From: Candidatus Bathyarchaeota archaeon
Lineage (GTDB): Archaea; Thermoproteota; Bathyarchaeia; Bathyarchaeales; Bathycorpusculaceae
Assembly (NCBI GenBank): GCA_963827165.1
Contig: CAWGZR010000005.1
Location: 96,001 to 160,000 of the forward strand
Length of the DNA stretch: 64,000 nucleotides
Direction: 5' to 3'
Both the position numbers and the translations under genes were made by a program. This document shows, piece by piece, positions 17,549-27,684 of this stretch (within the stretch, counting starts at the first letter, position 1; each line of letters begins with the position of its first letter). The notes under the pieces were generated by a model that saw only the letters and a program-made list of their open reading frames with translations, was not told where the DNA came from and made no database searches.

Positions 17549-18988
17549 ATGAAAGTGACGGTTGCAGTGTTAAGTAAGCGTGGAAATAACGCAGTTGATC
17601 ATGTGGTTGAAGTGCTCAAAGAGTTCAATGAGCAATCCTTTCATTTCGGGATGGTTTCCCCCCGAAAAATCGTAATTGACAAGAACCTTGATCTACTATT
17701 CAGGCAAAGCCCTGAATCTTCAACCGCGGTTGGTTACGCTTCATCAAAACCAGCAGCAAAAGGCTACGAGTTTCTGCAGTTGAAAGAGGCATCGCTTGTC
17801 TTTCAAGGCAAAGTGTATTCGTCAATACCAAAAACCGCCGTTTTGCAGCAGCTTTCCAAAGAACCACAGCACTGCGAAACCATCCTGCAAACATTAATCG
17901 AAAAGGCCGACGGGGACTACTCGTTTCTTATGCTAAAAGACGGCTGGATTGCTACGGGTAGAGACCCAATAGGAGTTCAACCGCTTTATTACGGCGAAAA
18001 CCAAGAAGTAGCAGCTGTCGCCACAAATCGAAATGCACTGTGGAAACTTGGAGTAGAAAACCCAGTTTCTTTTCCGCCCGGAAACCTATGCTTCATAAAC
18101 CGCGAAGGCTTCCAGTTTAAACCGATCAAAAACCTGAGCTTTTCTGAACCAAAACTCATAACCTTGGATGATGCAGCTCAAAAGCTTCAGATCCTAATTG
18201 AAGAATCAATCAAGCGTCGAACACAGGATTTAAAAGAGGTCGCTGTTGCGTTTTCAGGCGGCTTAGACAGCAGCCTTGTTGCTTACTTGGCAAGCAAACG
18301 CGGGTTGAAAGTTAACCTGTTCCATGTTAGCATGGAAAACGAGGCGGAAATCGAAGAAGCCTTCGCTGCGTCAGAACAGCTGAACCTGCCGCTTCAGATG
18401 CATCTATTCAAGGATTCGGATGTGGAGAAAACTCTGCCTAAAGTGGTGGAATTGATTGAGGAGGCTGATCCAGTTAAGGCCAGTATTGGGTTGCCGTTTT
18501 TCTGGGCAGCGGAGGAGGCGGTTGAAGCGGGATTTCAAGTTATGTTGGCTGGGCAGGGCGCGGATGAACTTTTTGGGGGGTACCAACGCTACGTTGCCGA
18601 GTATTGCAAGGAGGGCAGTGAAAAGGTCTTAAAAACAATGTTTAATGATGTGATTAACATTCATTTGAGCAATCTTGAACGTGACTTGAAAGTTACGGGT
18701 TATCATGATGTAGAGCTGAGAATGCCCTTCGCTTCGTTTGATGTTGCCGAGTTCGCTATAAGGTTGCCGATTGAATGTAAAATTGAGCCCAAGCAGGATA
18801 CGTTAAGGAAACTGGTTTTGCGCAGGGTAGCATTGAATGTTGGTATGCATGGTTCGGTTGTGGATAAGCCTAAGAAAGCAGTTCAGTATTCAACGGGCGT
18901 AAATGACGCTGTGAAGCGAGTGGCGAAAAAACGCGGCGAATCCGTCAACGAATACATAGAGAAGCTTTATCAACAGTCAAGGCGCTGA
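17549..18988 (+). CDS. Asparagine synthetase B-like protein
   Basis: RDPIGVQPLYY, SGGLDSS, GQGADELFGGY; no N-terminal Cys. Confidence 0.85.
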   Translation: MKVTVAVLSKRGNNAVDHVVEVLKEFNEQSFHFGMVSPRKIVIDKNLDLLFRQSPESSTAVGYASSKPAAKGYEFLQLKEASLVFQGKVYSSIPKTAVLQQLSKEPQHCETILQTLIEKADGDYSFLMLKDGWIATGRDPIGVQPLYYGENQEVAAVATNRNALWKLGVENPVSFPPGNLCFINREGFQFKPIKNLSFSEPKLITLDDAAQKLQILIEESIKRRTQDLKEVAVAFSGGLDSSLVAYLASKRGLKVNLFHVSMENEAEIEEAFAASEQLNLPLQMHLFKDSDVEKTLPKVVELIEEADPVKASIGLPFFWAAEEAVEAGFQVMLAGQGADELFGGYQRYVAEYCKEGSEKVLKTMFNDVINIHLSNLERDLKVTGYHDVELRMPFASFDVAEFAIRLPIECKIEPKQDTLRKLVLRRVALNVGMHGSVVDKPKKAVQYSTGVNDAVKRVAKKRGESVNEYIEKLYQQSRR

Positions 18989-19230
18989 AACGCAAAACAG
19001 GCCATTGACTAACCCCTTGTGGTTTTCTGTTGACTTTTATTCACTTTTTTTGAATTTTTTTAACATATTATGACTTTTGTTCACGACAGTTAACTTTAGT
19101 AGACTTTTAGGGACGGATGCTGCAGAAGATTTGAGTCCTGCCGCAAAAAAGAAACCCAAAACACAAAGAAAAAAATCTTTCCCAATAAATGAGTTAGCCT
19201 CTGGATTCGCCCATGTAATTTTAGGATTGT

Positions 19231-19301
19231 CTATAATTGTCTGAAAGTGCATAATACTGTCTGGAAGCGTATAATATTGTATGAATGCATATAATATTGT
19301 C
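19231..19301. repeat. Tandem 20-bp repeat, about 3.5 copies
   Basis: ctataattgtctgaaagtgc / ataatactgtctggaagcgt / ataatattgtatgaatgcat / ataatattgtc. Confidence 0.8.
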
Positions 19302-19440
19302 TTTTTTAGACGCAACCTACAATGAATTCAATCCCCGAATCAAGAAAGCAGCTCAAAACTCAAACAACGAAATTTGCCGCGCCAAAAAATACGGAACCAC
19401 CTCTCACAAGTCAGCGGTCTTATTTTGTATTTTTTAGACT

Positions 19441-19490
19441 TTTTGAGATGTTTTGGGATGTTTCGAGATGTTTTAAGATGTTTTGGGAGA
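19441..19490. repeat. Tandem 10-bp repeat, 5 copies
   Basis: ttttgagatg ttttgggatg tttcgagatg ttttaagatg ttttgggaga. Confidence 0.85.
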
Positions 19491-19618
19491 CTAGTTGCAA
19501 TCAAATCAAGCACCAAACCGAAAAACCAACCCAAAACAAACCCAAAATTTTTTCGCGGAAAAATGAAGGGCTATCATTTATGCCAATAAAAACGTCACGG
19601 AAATGGGTTTCTGCCAAA

Positions 19619-20953
19619 CTAAGGCGTTAATCTTACCCTGTCGCGGGGATATAACGTGACTTCTCTTATGTTCTTTTTACCAGTCATGATCATGGTTAAC
19701 CGTTCAAGCCCGATAGCCCATCCTGCGTGCGGTGGCATGCCGTAATCAAACGCTTGTAAATGATGCTTAAACGATTCAGGGTTCAAGCCTTTCTCGCTCA
19801 TCCGCGCCATCAGTTGCTCCTTGCTGGAGATTCGTGTGCCGCCTGACACAAGCTCTATGTAGCGCCACATCAAATCGAAGCCTTCACAAACCTCGGGTTT
19901 GTCTGCGCGCGGTTTGATGTAGAAGGCTTTTGCGTGGGTTGGCCAGTCGGTTATGAAGTAGAAGTAGGGGTAGAGTTTGCCTATTGTGCGGAAGGCTTCT
20001 GTGGGGATGTCTTCGCCCCATGGAATTGTAACGCCCTGCCCTTTGAGGTCATCTAGGACTTGGTCGTAGGTTAAGCGTTTAAACGGTACTTCAGGTACTT
20101 CAAATCGGTATTTTAGAGTGGAAAGCTCTGATTTACATTTCTCTCGAACCTTAACACATGCATGATGAATAACTTGCTCAAGCAACGCCATGACTTCTTT
20201 GGCGTCAGCAAAAGCCGCCTCAACATCAACAGATGTGAACTCACTCAGATGCCTACGAGTATGAGATTCCTCTGCCCTGAAAAACGGACCTACCTCGAAA
20301 ACCTTCTCAAAACTCATCGTTAACTCTTCTTTGTAAAGTTGCGGGCTCTGCGCAAGATACGCTTTTTGCCCAAAATAGTCAACACAAAAAAGCTCCGCAC
20401 CACCCTCCGTCGCCGAACCAATGATGCGTGGCGTGTGAACTTCCAAAAAACCCTTCTCAAAAAGGTAACTTCGAATCGCTTCGAGAGCTACGTGTTGAAT
20501 TTTGAAGGCAGCTAAGCTCTTCTCCATAGTAAGATCAAGCGCTCGAGCGTCTAATCGCGTTTCAATGTTGGCAGGTGTTTTTCCAGTAATGTCAATGGGC
20601 AACTGTTCCGTGGCAGCACTCAAGATCTTAATAGCGTTTGGAATAACTTCGACTCCACGGGGGGTCATAGTTGTTTTTTTGACCGTCCCCTTCACGGCTA
20701 AACTGAATCTTTTCTGCAGAAGATCCGATTTGGCGAGAACTTCAGGCAGGATCCTTTTTTTAGGGATAGTGACTTGAATGGTTCCTTCGCGGTCCTGCAT
20801 TATGATAAAACGTATACCGCCAAGGTCACGTATTTCCTGTACCCAACCGAAAAGCGTCACCTCGCCCCCGTCGTTTTCAGGATTCACATTACATGTATAA
20901 TGTGTTCTATACCAGTCGCCAACAGAGTCTAAATCCATGCCGATCGCCAACAC
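19619..20953 (-). CDS. aspS: Aspartyl-tRNA synthetase, archaeal type (probably non-discriminating)
   Basis: YRTHY, GWVQEIRDLGG, LAQSPQLYK, FRAEES, GMPPHAG, YPRD. Confidence 0.96.
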   Translation of the reverse strand: MLAIGMDLDSVGDWYRTHYTCNVNPENDGGEVTLFGWVQEIRDLGGIRFIIMQDREGTIQVTIPKKRILPEVLAKSDLLQKRFSLAVKGTVKKTTMTPRGVEVIPNAIKILSAATEQLPIDITGKTPANIETRLDARALDLTMEKSLAAFKIQHVALEAIRSYLFEKGFLEVHTPRIIGSATEGGAELFCVDYFGQKAYLAQSPQLYKEELTMSFEKVFEVGPFFRAEESHTRRHLSEFTSVDVEAAFADAKEVMALLEQVIHHACVKVREKCKSELSTLKYRFEVPEVPFKRLTYDQVLDDLKGQGVTIPWGEDIPTEAFRTIGKLYPYFYFITDWPTHAKAFYIKPRADKPEVCEGFDLMWRYIELVSGGTRISSKEQLMARMSEKGLNPESFKHHLQAFDYGMPPHAGWAIGLERLTMIMTGKKNIREVTLYPRDRVRLTP

Positions 20954-20955
20954 CC

Positions 20956-21465
20956 TTAATCCGCGATTTCAACGCGTAAGGACATTTTACGTACTTTACT
21001 GGCAATTTCCTTTAAAGCTTTAACGTCATAAGGCATCTGCGCGCCACGTTTGCGCTTAAGAATCACCCGGGTCTCAGTTGTGCCATCTGGAAGCCAAATC
21101 GTGTTGATTGTTAATATGCTGAAAGGAATGAACAGGTCTTCAAGAAATTTGCGGTCATCAACACCGTTTTCCAGAACCTTAATGTTTCTACCTGTCTCAT
21201 CGCCTATGGTCTTCACGATTTTTCCACTATATCCCAAGAGTTTAGGAACATCGCCGTGACCGACGATGATGGCTAAGGTTTTATCTACATCAACTGCCTT
21301 GTAGAAGCAGACGTTTTGCAGGCTAGGATACTTGTCTTCAAGCGACAAAAGCAAACGCGCGATTTTGAGGTCTACCTCGCTGATCTCGCCTGCTTTAACT
21401 TTAGCTGAACACTTCTGACATAACATTCCGCTTTTCAAGCAGAAACTGCATAGTTCGGTTTTCAT
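20956..21465 (-). CDS. NusA-like KH-domain protein with N-terminal Zn-binding motif
   Basis: CSFCLKSGMLCQKC; KH-like LLGYSGKIVK; context next to aspS and Alba. Confidence 0.8.
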   Translation of the reverse strand: MKTELCSFCLKSGMLCQKCSAKVKAGEISEVDLKIARLLLSLEDKYPSLQNVCFYKAVDVDKTLAIIVGHGDVPKLLGYSGKIVKTIGDETGRNIKVLENGVDDRKFLEDLFIPFSILTINTIWLPDGTTETRVILKRKRGAQMPYDVKALKEIASKVRKMSLRVEIAD

Positions 21466-21510
21466 TGCTTGTCTGTTTTCCTGCAAATAAGGAGTTTCGC
21501 TAATGCGTAC

Positions 21511-21789
21511 CTACCTAATCAACGTTATTTCAATTGTGCTCACGTTAGTCGTCGAGTTCCCTTCTTCCTGTGGAAGCATCTGATCCGTCCCGATTCCGAT
21601 ACATTTGATCTTTACCTCGGGAAGAAACCTGTGCCTAACAACCTCGGCAACATCTATTGCCCGGCTGATGGATCTCCCCCGTGCTTTGATGCTCACTTCT
21701 TTAGCGCCGCCATGGAAGAACGTGAGGCATGCAAGGACATAGTTCATTATCGGCTTTTTCCCAATTAAGACCGCGTTGACTTCGGGCAC
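21511..21789 (-). CDS. albA: DNA/RNA-binding protein Alba
   Basis: [36 protein letters not shown]. Confidence 0.96.
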   Translation of the reverse strand: MPEVNAVLIGKKPIMNYVLACLTFFHGGAKEVSIKARGRSISRAIDVAEVVRHRFLPEVKIKCIGIGTDQMLPQEEGNSTTNVSTIEITLIR

Positions 21790-22047
21790 GCCTTCGCTTC
21801 ACTCCTAGTTTACTTTTTAAGTGGCTTGAGTAAAGATTTCTTTGAAAATAAATAGGTTGTGGTGCAAGCTTTGAGTTATTGCTGAAAATTTGCAAATTAG
21901 ATTTTTCAAGCGCCTGTTTGCTTGTTTTTGATCACTGATTGATTCTTAATTTTTTCGAGGCTGTATCTTCCCTGATCAGTTTCAAGCATCAAATTCTTAA
22001 GTAACTTCACACTATTGTAAAGATTTAACTTAACAAACATCACATAA

Positions 22048-22515
22048 GTGACCAAATTGGAACCACTAACTAAACGTTCAATTCAACTTCTAAAGACCCT
22101 CTACGAAAAAGGAAAATCCACAAACACTTACACATTAAGAGTAAAACAGGACGAGTTATCGAGCCAATTAGGCGTAAGCAGGCAAGCGTTAAACGTGCAT
22201 CTGCGTAAGCTTAAAAGCCGCGGTTACATCCGCACGGGCAGGGGCTTTATCGACGTCACCGACAAAGGCCTCAACGCACTGGGGATTTCGACAACCCCCG
22301 CTTTTATTCTTCTAAAGGTTTCGCCGATCAGGCGGATACATGTTTATGACCAGATCCGGGAACTTGCGGTTTCCAGAGCTTTCCGCATAGCTGGAGAGGT
22401 AGACGCATTAATCATTGTTGAACGTGATAATTTGGACGATGTCCTCAAGAAACTTTACGGCATAGATGGAATAGAAGATACCCGATCATACGTTACAATC
22501 GAAGAAATTAAATAG
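22048..22515 (+). CDS. Lrp/AsnC family transcriptional regulator
   Basis: N-terminal wHTH (QDELSSQLGVSRQAL) and C-terminal RAM-like domain. Confidence 0.85.
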   Translation: MTKLEPLTKRSIQLLKTLYEKGKSTNTYTLRVKQDELSSQLGVSRQALNVHLRKLKSRGYIRTGRGFIDVTDKGLNALGISTTPAFILLKVSPIRRIHVYDQIRELAVSRAFRIAGEVDALIIVERDNLDDVLKKLYGIDGIEDTRSYVTIEEIK

Positions 22516-22609
22516 CAATCTCCACCCGACAAAACGTAGGCTAAGACAAAAAGGTATATTTGATACCTAAGCATCAAAGAGTTAGCCAAAATAGAAGGTT
22601 AACAATAAA

Positions 22610-22771
22610 ATGCCGATATTAGATCCCGTCAAGAAAGCCATCGCACAAAAGCACAGGCTTTACATGAAAATCTGCAGAGACTGCGGCGCAAGAAACGCTG
22701 AAACTGCGGTTAAATGCAGAAAATGCAAAGGTAAGAACCTGCGCTGGAAGAAACGAGAAATAGTAAAGTAA
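22610..22771 (+). CDS. rpl40e: 50S ribosomal protein L40e (not in the ORF track)
   Basis: MPILDPVKKAIAQKHRLYMKICRDCGARNAETAVKCRKCKGKNLRWKKREIVK. Confidence 0.95.
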   Translation: MPILDPVKKAIAQKHRLYMKICRDCGARNAETAVKCRKCKGKNLRWKKREIVK

Positions 22772-23143
22772 TCGTTCAACTTTCTTTAGTTCCATTTTTG
22801 CAGATTAGCCGAGCCGCCAATTATCAGGATAAAGCGCTCAGTCTCATCTGCCCAGACAGCGTTTGCATTAACCACGGCTAAAAGTTCTCGAAACTCGTGG
22901 CGCGGTAAGAAGTTTCTGTTCTAACGAACCTCAGTTTCGGGACAATGGAAATCTCTTAGTTTTAGTTAAAGGGAATTATAGATCCTTCAGATTTTTCTTT
23001 GCAGAAATACCCTCATAAGCCCGATCCGAGAGACTTAATCTGTGTCCTTTTCAAGGTAATTTACATCCGGCATTATTGGGGAGGCTAAAATCGTTAGGCT
23101 TTGTTAAAATCAAAGGTTACATGTAAGATCTCAGGCTTTCAGA

Positions 23144-23758
23144 TTAAAGCACTTTTACAAGGCTTTCGAGATTAAAAATCGTGTTCGCGCAACCGTTCTT
23201 CAGCAAGGGAACAGATTGCCAAGCGACACCTAAGCTACTTAGCTTTTCTCCTGACATCACCACCTCTGGACCACAAGCAACGCCCACCACCCCTTCGTAT
23301 CTGTTTTGCTTCAAAATTTTGGGCATACAAGAGCCGCCAGACAGGACGTAAACGTCATATCCTTTTTCCTTCGCTAAGTGTTCCGCTTTATTTACGTAGC
23401 AGTCGGATGAGCAGTGAGCGCAAATGAAAGAGGTCAAGTTTGGATCAAAGGTTGCTTGGCATCGACTATCCATGTATTTTCGGCTACAGTGCGGAAGAAG
23501 CAAGGCTCTTTTCTTGGTCCGCGAGAATTCTTCTTTCTGGACTAAATTCAAAGTTTGCATTTTGACGAGGTCTTGAATCAACAATGCTGCATCTTGGATG
23601 TTCAGTCCTGTGACTTCCTGAATTTTGAATTTCCTGATTAATCCCTGGAGGGTCTTCTCAAGGACTTTCTGCATACCCATTTGATTACCGATAACTGCTA
23701 GCTCCACGAAAAAGTGTTGGGGAGCCTTAGAAATGTCGAAAGTGAATTTATAGGGCAT
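23144..23758 (-). CDS. DUF116 family protein
   Basis: LLLPHC, CxxC, VLSGGS, GVVGVAC, PLLKNGC. Confidence 0.85.
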   Translation of the reverse strand: MPYKFTFDISKAPQHFFVELAVIGNQMGMQKVLEKTLQGLIRKFKIQEVTGLNIQDAALLIQDLVKMQTLNLVQKEEFSRTKKRALLLPHCSRKYMDSRCQATFDPNLTSFICAHCSSDCYVNKAEHLAKEKGYDVYVLSGGSCMPKILKQNRYEGVVGVACGPEVVMSGEKLSSLGVAWQSVPLLKNGCANTIFNLESLVKVL

Positions 23759-23934
23759 AAATCAAGATGAATAAGGAGCCAAACTTAAAAAAATATCCCC
23801 TTGCCAACTATACAAACTCGAGCGTGAGTTTGGTGCAAAAAACCCCTCTCTTTCAGTGTCTAAAAGTCTTGCCCCAATCGTAAAGTGTTTCTGAAAAGTA
23901 AAATGAGTTGATCCGCACAAGTCCTACTCTGCAG

Positions 23935-24555
23935 CTACAGAACCTTGGCGAGGCTTTCCATGTTAAAAATCGTGTTTGAACACCCATTCTTGAGCAATGG
24001 AATAGCTTGCCCAGCGACATGCATACTATCTAAAAGCGGACGCAACATTTTCATTTCCTCTCCACAAGCAATTCCAACCACCCCTTCGTATCGTGTATTC
24101 TTAAGGATATTAGGAACGCAGGAACCGCCAGGCACCACGTAAACGTCGTAGCCTTTTTGTCGAGCTAAGCGGTCAGACTGGTTGACGAGGCAGTCTTCTG
24201 AACAATGAGCACATGAATAAGATGGAATATTTGAGTCAAAAACTGCTTTGCAGCGACCATCCAAATACTTTCTGCTGCAGTGAGAAAGAAACAGAGCCCT
24301 TTTCTTGGTCTGCAAGAATTTTCCGCGCTCAATCAAGTTCACAGCTTGCAAATCAATCAAGTCTTGCAGCAAAACTAAAGAGTCAGAAAGGTTTAGTCCA
24401 GTTGCTTCTTGGATTCTGAATCTCAAGATTATTTCTTGAAGTCGCTTAATCAATGTTTTATGCATGCCCTTCTGGTAGCTTACCGTTGCAATTTCGGTGA
24501 AGAAGAAAAGCGGGACCTTTGACAGATCGAAGGTAAACTTATAGGGCATATGCAT
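23935..24555 (-). CDS. DUF116 family protein, tandem paralog
   Basis: Same motifs as the neighbour; both begin MPYKFTFD. Confidence 0.85.
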   Translation of the reverse strand: MHMPYKFTFDLSKVPLFFFTEIATVSYQKGMHKTLIKRLQEIILRFRIQEATGLNLSDSLVLLQDLIDLQAVNLIERGKFLQTKKRALFLSHCSRKYLDGRCKAVFDSNIPSYSCAHCSEDCLVNQSDRLARQKGYDVYVVPGGSCVPNILKNTRYEGVVGIACGEEMKMLRPLLDSMHVAGQAIPLLKNGCSNTIFNMESLAKVL

Positions 24556-24615
24556 AGGTAAGCTAGCAGGCTGCTTAAAAAAATAACTGTGTCAATCGAA
24601 GATAATTCGAGAAGA

Positions 24616-24906
24616 TTAGTTTTTCTCGTCGTTTGAGCCTAAAAAGTCTCGTAGGCCTTTGAGCTCGTCTCGGAGCTGTTTTACTTCGTCTTCGAGACTG
24701 CTGGCTCTTTCTTCGGCGTCACGTTTAGCCTTCTCAAGATTTGTTAATAGTTCAGGCTCAGAATCAAACGCCTCAAGCTTTTGCTGCAAATCAGCTAGGC
24801 TGTTCTTGAGTCCAATCTGTATTTCTCTAAGCTTGCAAACCAACTCGTCCATTTTCGGGTCTTGCACTGTTTTTCTGTTAGACTTCGCCACAGCCCACAA
24901 CCCCAC
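24616..24906 (-). CDS. Small coiled-coil hypothetical protein
   Basis: Heptad-rich ORF directly downstream of tfb. Confidence 0.6.
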   Translation of the reverse strand: MGLWAVAKSNRKTVQDPKMDELVCKLREIQIGLKNSLADLQQKLEAFDSEPELLTNLEKAKRDAEERASSLEDEVKQLRDELKGLRDFLGSNDEKN

Positions 24907-24935
24907 CGTAGCAGATCTAAAATGAGATGATACGG

Positions 24936-25901
24936 TTAGATGCTTATTTGGAACATCAACCGTTCAACGAGTTCTTTGTATCTGTTTCTAATAGTGACCT
25001 CAGTTACCTGTGCGATTTCAGCGATTTCCCTTTGGGTTTTCCTTTCCCCTGTCAAAACGGATGCTACGTAACTTGCTGCCGCTGCTATACCTGTTGGGCC
25101 TCTACCTGATGTGAGTTTAAGTTCTTTTGCTGCAGCGAGAATTTTATGTGCGATTTCTTCAACTTTGCCTTGCATAGTCAATTGGTTGGAAAACTTTGTT
25201 ATGTATTGACTTGGTCTCAACGGCGGAATCGAATAGTCTAGTTCTCTTATTAGGAAACGGTAGCTTCTTCCAACTTCTTTCTTGTTCACATTTGACGCTT
25301 GAGCGATTTCATCCAAGGTGCGGGGCAACGCACATTGTCTGCAGGCTAAGTAAAGTGCTGCCGAAGTGACACCTTGAATTGACCTACCTCGAATCAGACG
25401 TTCTTTAACCGCTTTTCGGTAGATCACTGAGGCTGTTTCAAGAATGTTTTTTGGCAGATTCAAGTTATTTGAAATCTTGGTTATTTCAGAGAGGGCAAAC
25501 GCCAAGTTTCTCTCTGTCGCATCCGAAACTCTGATGCGTCTTTGCCATTTTCTGAGACGATAAACCTGCGCTTTCTGGCCTGGTGAGAGGCTTTTACCGT
25601 AAATGTCTCGGTCATGCCAATCAATGGTTGTAGACAAACCCTTATCATGGATGGTATAGGTTAGGGGTGCTCCAACCCTGGTTCTTTTCGACCTCTGCTC
25701 ATCGTCAAACGCCCTCCATTCAGGTCCTCGGTCAGCTATTTTCTGCTGCACGACGAAGCCGCAATCCATGCACACTATTTCAGCTTGCTCATAGTCGCGC
25801 ATCAGACGGGTGCTGCCGCATTCAGGGCATGGCTGGGTCTTTGGAGGCTCTGTTTTTGCAGATTGGTCGGGCTCTTCATGTATCTTGGTGTCGCCAATCA
25901 T
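24936..25901 (-). CDS. tfb: Transcription initiation factor IIB
   Basis: Zn ribbon CPECG...CMDCG, GPEWRAF, cyclin repeats, TIRNRYKEL. Confidence 0.97.
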   Translation of the reverse strand: MIGDTKIHEEPDQSAKTEPPKTQPCPECGSTRLMRDYEQAEIVCMDCGFVVQQKIADRGPEWRAFDDEQRSKRTRVGAPLTYTIHDKGLSTTIDWHDRDIYGKSLSPGQKAQVYRLRKWQRRIRVSDATERNLAFALSEITKISNNLNLPKNILETASVIYRKAVKERLIRGRSIQGVTSAALYLACRQCALPRTLDEIAQASNVNKKEVGRSYRFLIRELDYSIPPLRPSQYITKFSNQLTMQGKVEEIAHKILAAAKELKLTSGRGPTGIAAAASYVASVLTGERKTQREIAEIAQVTEVTIRNRYKELVERLMFQISI

Positions 25902-26149
25902 TCATTTAGGCTCCTCTTTGTCTTCGAGAAGAGCAAGTATACTGGCTTATTCAATAGGTTAACCGGTTCACTCACTACCGGCTTAACGACTGCATAAGGA
26001 GCGGACACCGGACCGATGATATCAAATACTTTACCGATCACTTTGAGGTTTTCATCAACAACTTCTGTGCCGATCTTGGGAGCTTTTTCCGTCTTTACAA
26101 TAATGTTTTTAGATGGAGTTAACGCCCGCACTCTACCTAATTTTTGCAA
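25898..26149 (-). CDS. gar1: H/ACA RNP component Gar1/Naf1
   Basis: [18 protein letters not shown]; conserved gar1-tfb pairing. Confidence 0.88.
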   Translation of the reverse strand: MQKLGRVRALTPSKNIIVKTEKAPKIGTEVVDENLKVIGKVFDIIGPVSAPYAVVKPVVSEPVNLLNKPVYLLFSKTKRSLNE

Positions 26150-26316
26150 CTGCGCAATTCCCCTCTCGAAAACATGATGGTGACCGTAGATGTTTATTTA
26201 AAGCTTTCTAAAGTGTTTATAAGGGGTACGCTAATTCTGCGCATTTTCCAGTCGAAAGCTTCTTAAAGAAGAAGTGCGGATAAAATTGTGCCTTAAAAGG
26301 GTGAGGCTAAGAAAAA

Positions 26317-26697
26317 ATGTCTAAACCGTTTTATGTAAAATATGAAGTACCGAAAGAAATCGTAGATGCAGCCTATGAAGCCCTATCTATTGCTTCCAAA
26401 ACAGGAGTAGTTAGGAAAGGAACAAACGAAGCAACAAAAGCTGTTGAACGATCCCAAGCAAAACTTGTTATAATAGCCGAAGATGTTGACCCACCGGAAG
26501 TAGTAGCGCATCTACCGCTTCTCTGCGACGAAAGAAAAATTCCATACGTTTTCGTCCCCGAAAAACTCAAGCTAGGCAACGCGCTAGGCATCGACGTCCC
26601 ATGCGCTGCAGCATGCATACTCAGGGAAGGCGAAGCCACAGGATTAATCAAAGAAATCATCACTCGGATTGACCAGGTTAAACGAGGATCTCAGTAA
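26317..26697 (+). CDS. rpl7ae: 50S ribosomal protein L7Ae
   Basis: [26 protein letters not shown]. Confidence 0.97.
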   Translation: MSKPFYVKYEVPKEIVDAAYEALSIASKTGVVRKGTNEATKAVERSQAKLVIIAEDVDPPEVVAHLPLLCDERKIPYVFVPEKLKLGNALGIDVPCAAACILREGEATGLIKEIITRIDQVKRGSQ

Positions 26698-26915
26698 TGA
26701 GCAAAGAATCGGCTGAAGAACTTATTCCGTCTGAAGTTATCCAAATCATAGGCCGAACCGGCGTTACCGGCGAAATCACTCAGGTTCGAGTGCGCATCAT
26801 GGAAGGTAAAGACAAGGGCAGAATCATAACACGCAACGTTAAAGGACCAGTGAGAGTGCAAGATATTCTGATGCTGAGAGAAACAGAAAGAGAAGCAAAG
26901 AAAATCACCAGGTAA
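26697..26915 (+). CDS. rps28e: 30S ribosomal protein S28e
   Basis: [28 protein letters not shown]. Confidence 0.97.
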   Translation: MSKESAEELIPSEVIQIIGRTGVTGEITQVRVRIMEGKDKGRIITRNVKGPVRVQDILMLRETEREAKKITR

Positions 26916-26936
26916 ATTGTTTAGGAGAAAATTTCC

Positions 26937-27134
26937 ATGCCGAAAAACCGTAAATGTTCGTTCTGTGGCGCTGATTTCCCAGCTGGCACAGGCATGATGT
27001 TCGTAAAAAACGACGGGTCAATCCTATGGTTCGATTCGGGCAAATGCAAGAAAAGCTCTTTGCTATTCAAACGGGACGCACGCAAACTAAAATGGACCAA
27101 GTACTTCGGTAAAGAAGAGAAAGGCAAAGGTTAA
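26937..27134 (+). CDS. rpl24e: 50S ribosomal protein L24e
   Basis: CSFCG, GTGMMFVKNDG, RKLKWT. Confidence 0.95.
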   Translation: MPKNRKCSFCGADFPAGTGMMFVKNDGSILWFDSGKCKKSSLLFKRDARKLKWTKYFGKEEKGKG

Positions 27135-27236
27135 GCTTCGTCTTCTCCGCTCCATCATTTTTTTAACTTCATTTTTATTCGGATTTCAACTTAACCTTTA
27201 TTTTCACCGGCCGCTTTATTCAATTTTGGTGCTCTC

Positions 27237-27545
27237 TTGCCGGTTTTCCGAACAAAGAAAGAACCATTCGAATGGCTAAAGACAGGTAGAAAAACAATAG
27301 ATGTCAGAAAAGGAGAGCTATTGCGTGGAGAAATCGCGGTTTTTCTTTCGGGTCGAAACGTTCTGCGAATGAAGATAACAAAAAGGGAAACCGGGAAGAT
27401 TAACGAAATCGTGCGGGCTGACAATTTCAGGTTAGTTATTCCTTCAGCCGTCACCATTGAAGAGGCGGTTGCATATTTGGCACGGCTTTACGATGGATAC
27501 GTAGGCATTTACGCTGCGTATCATGTTGCGCCAATGGTTTATTGA
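27237..27545 (+). CDS. ASCH/PUA-like domain protein
   Basis: FEWLKTGRKTIDVR motif. Confidence 0.7.
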   Translation: MPVFRTKKEPFEWLKTGRKTIDVRKGELLRGEIAVFLSGRNVLRMKITKRETGKINEIVRADNFRLVIPSAVTIEEAVAYLARLYDGYVGIYAAYHVAPMVY

Positions 27546-27684
27546 GTTTTCAAACACTGAAAGGGCATTTTATAACAGGCAGGCTCGGTCGAAATTGTTA
27601 CGCTTTTAGTAATGAACATAATGAAAACGTAACGCTTAAATATCATCATAAACTGATTATTTCAGTCAAAATGAGGAATTCGGA

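Noticed and set aside
19037-19630. Short ORFs of 64-102 aa in the asnB-aspS gap
   Set aside because: They overlap tandem repeats, are low complexity and have no motifs; probably spurious.
22775-23140. Possible gene remnant after rpl40e
   Set aside because: No recognisable motif in the frames examined.
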